Source: Octopus bimaculoides (lineage: Eukaryota). From it: a DNA stretch of 64,000 nucleotides. Position numbers and translations under genes: made by a program. Numbering within the stretch: the stretch's first letter is position 1; each line of letters opens with the position of its first letter. The stretch lies in assembly GCF_001194135.2 (NCBI RefSeq), contig NC_068987.1, positions 26,502,166-26,566,165 of the forward strand, in the 5' to 3' direction. The notes below the pieces were generated by a model. The model was not told the DNA's origin. It saw nothing but the letters and a program-made list of their open reading frames with translations, and did no database searches. This document shows positions 62,731 to 64,000 of this stretch, one piece after another.

Positions 62731-63550
62731 NNNNNNNNNNNNNNNNNNNNNNNNNNNNNNNNNNNNNNNNNNNNNNNNNNNNNNNNNNNNNNNNNNNNNN
62801 NNNNNNNNNNNNNNNNNNNNNNNNNNNNNNNNNNNNNNNNNNNNNNNNNNNNNNNNNNNNNNNNNNNNNNNNNNNNNNNNNNNNNNNNNNNNNNNNNNNN
62901 NNNNNNNNNNNNNNNNNNNNNNNNNNNNNNNNNNNTATATATATATATATATATATATGTGTATCAATATATATAATTTTGTACATACGGTACATGATAT
63001 ATACAGATACATATAATTACATACACAAATGTTCATTTTGGTATACAATACTATGTTTATTCTTAAGTATTTCTAGGTGTCAGATTTGTAGACACTATAC
63101 AGAAACGAAAATAAAAAAAAAGAAGGAAAATAGCGAAATATATAATAAAAGTAAAAATACAAACAATCAATGTGAGAATTCAGAGAAAATTGTACCGAAT
63201 AAAAGATAAGACATATTCCCATAGGAAGTGGAAATAATAGGCAGCTAGTGAGAAAACGGAATTGGTTTAATTGATAAATATATTGATAAATAAATTAATA
63301 TTTAGAGATAATAATACTTAGAGTTAGACAGATGCAGACTTAAATATGAGAAAGAGGATTTAGTAGATGTATAAAGAGAGTGTTTGCTAGAGAGAATAAA
63401 GAAACAGGAGTAACGAAACTAGGCGTGCGAAAACGTTGGAAAGCCATCCATATATTCATCTTAGTGTGTGCACATGCTTATGCGCTTGCACATACACAGA
63501 TATGTATATATATGTACATATATATATGTATAAATATAGTATATATATAT

Positions 63551-63656
<106 letters not shown>

Positions 63657-64000
63657 GCATACAAACATACATACATACCTTAGTAAAGTCATTGGGGAGA
63701 ATCCCGAGCCGATTATCGTGGTCTTATATATATATATATATATATATATAACGTGTATTTATAAAGAGGGCAAATTTAGCCATTTCTCCGTAGATTGAAA
63801 AAAGATGAACAACCTTAATCGATTTTCAAACATTATTGGGTTCTAATCAGAGGCGTAGTGGTTCAAACATGAAAAATAGAACTTATGTTGAGTCAGTCTC
63901 AATAAGTATAGATTTATTGATCGGAGAAAGTTACATAGTGACTGAAGGTTCGAGAGTTTCGTGCAGAGGCACTTATCAAACTATTTAGATCAACGTTTTC

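Overview
AT-rich, repeat-dense eukaryotic DNA from a gapped draft assembly. There are 14 N gaps, almost all bordered by microsatellites: 5023-5805, 10646-11625, 11921-12490, 17018-17118, 18436-18595, 19210-19474, 21150-22071, 24036-24124, 25563-25981, 26689-26869, 33318-34056, 50793-51004, 54626-54696 and 62731-62935. The SINE families and microsatellite density look like an octopus/cephalopod genome (inference, not checked by search). I find no intact protein-coding gene, tRNA/rRNA gene or CRISPR array, and nearly all long ORFs in the track are artefacts of N runs or simple repeats. The window reads as intronic/intergenic DNA filled with decayed mobile elements: four R4/Dong-type non-LTR retrotransposon fragments (two abutting (AAT)n arrays), three or four Penelope-like element (PLE) fragments, a Gypsy-type RNase H fragment, mariner and hAT transposase relics, two MITE/foldback elements, and many copies of about four short interspersed repeat families. 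The most notable structures are (i) a truncated PLE RT-thumb/GIY-YIG ORF enclosed by ~470-510 bp inverted arms (48142-50790), (ii) a near-perfect minimal hammerhead ribozyme motif at 28339-28373, and (iii) a Dong-type element sitting inside a TAA microsatellite. All protein-family calls come from manual translation and remembered motifs, not database searches. Boundaries are approximate unless a junction is quoted. I see no strong evidence for a wholly new biological system.
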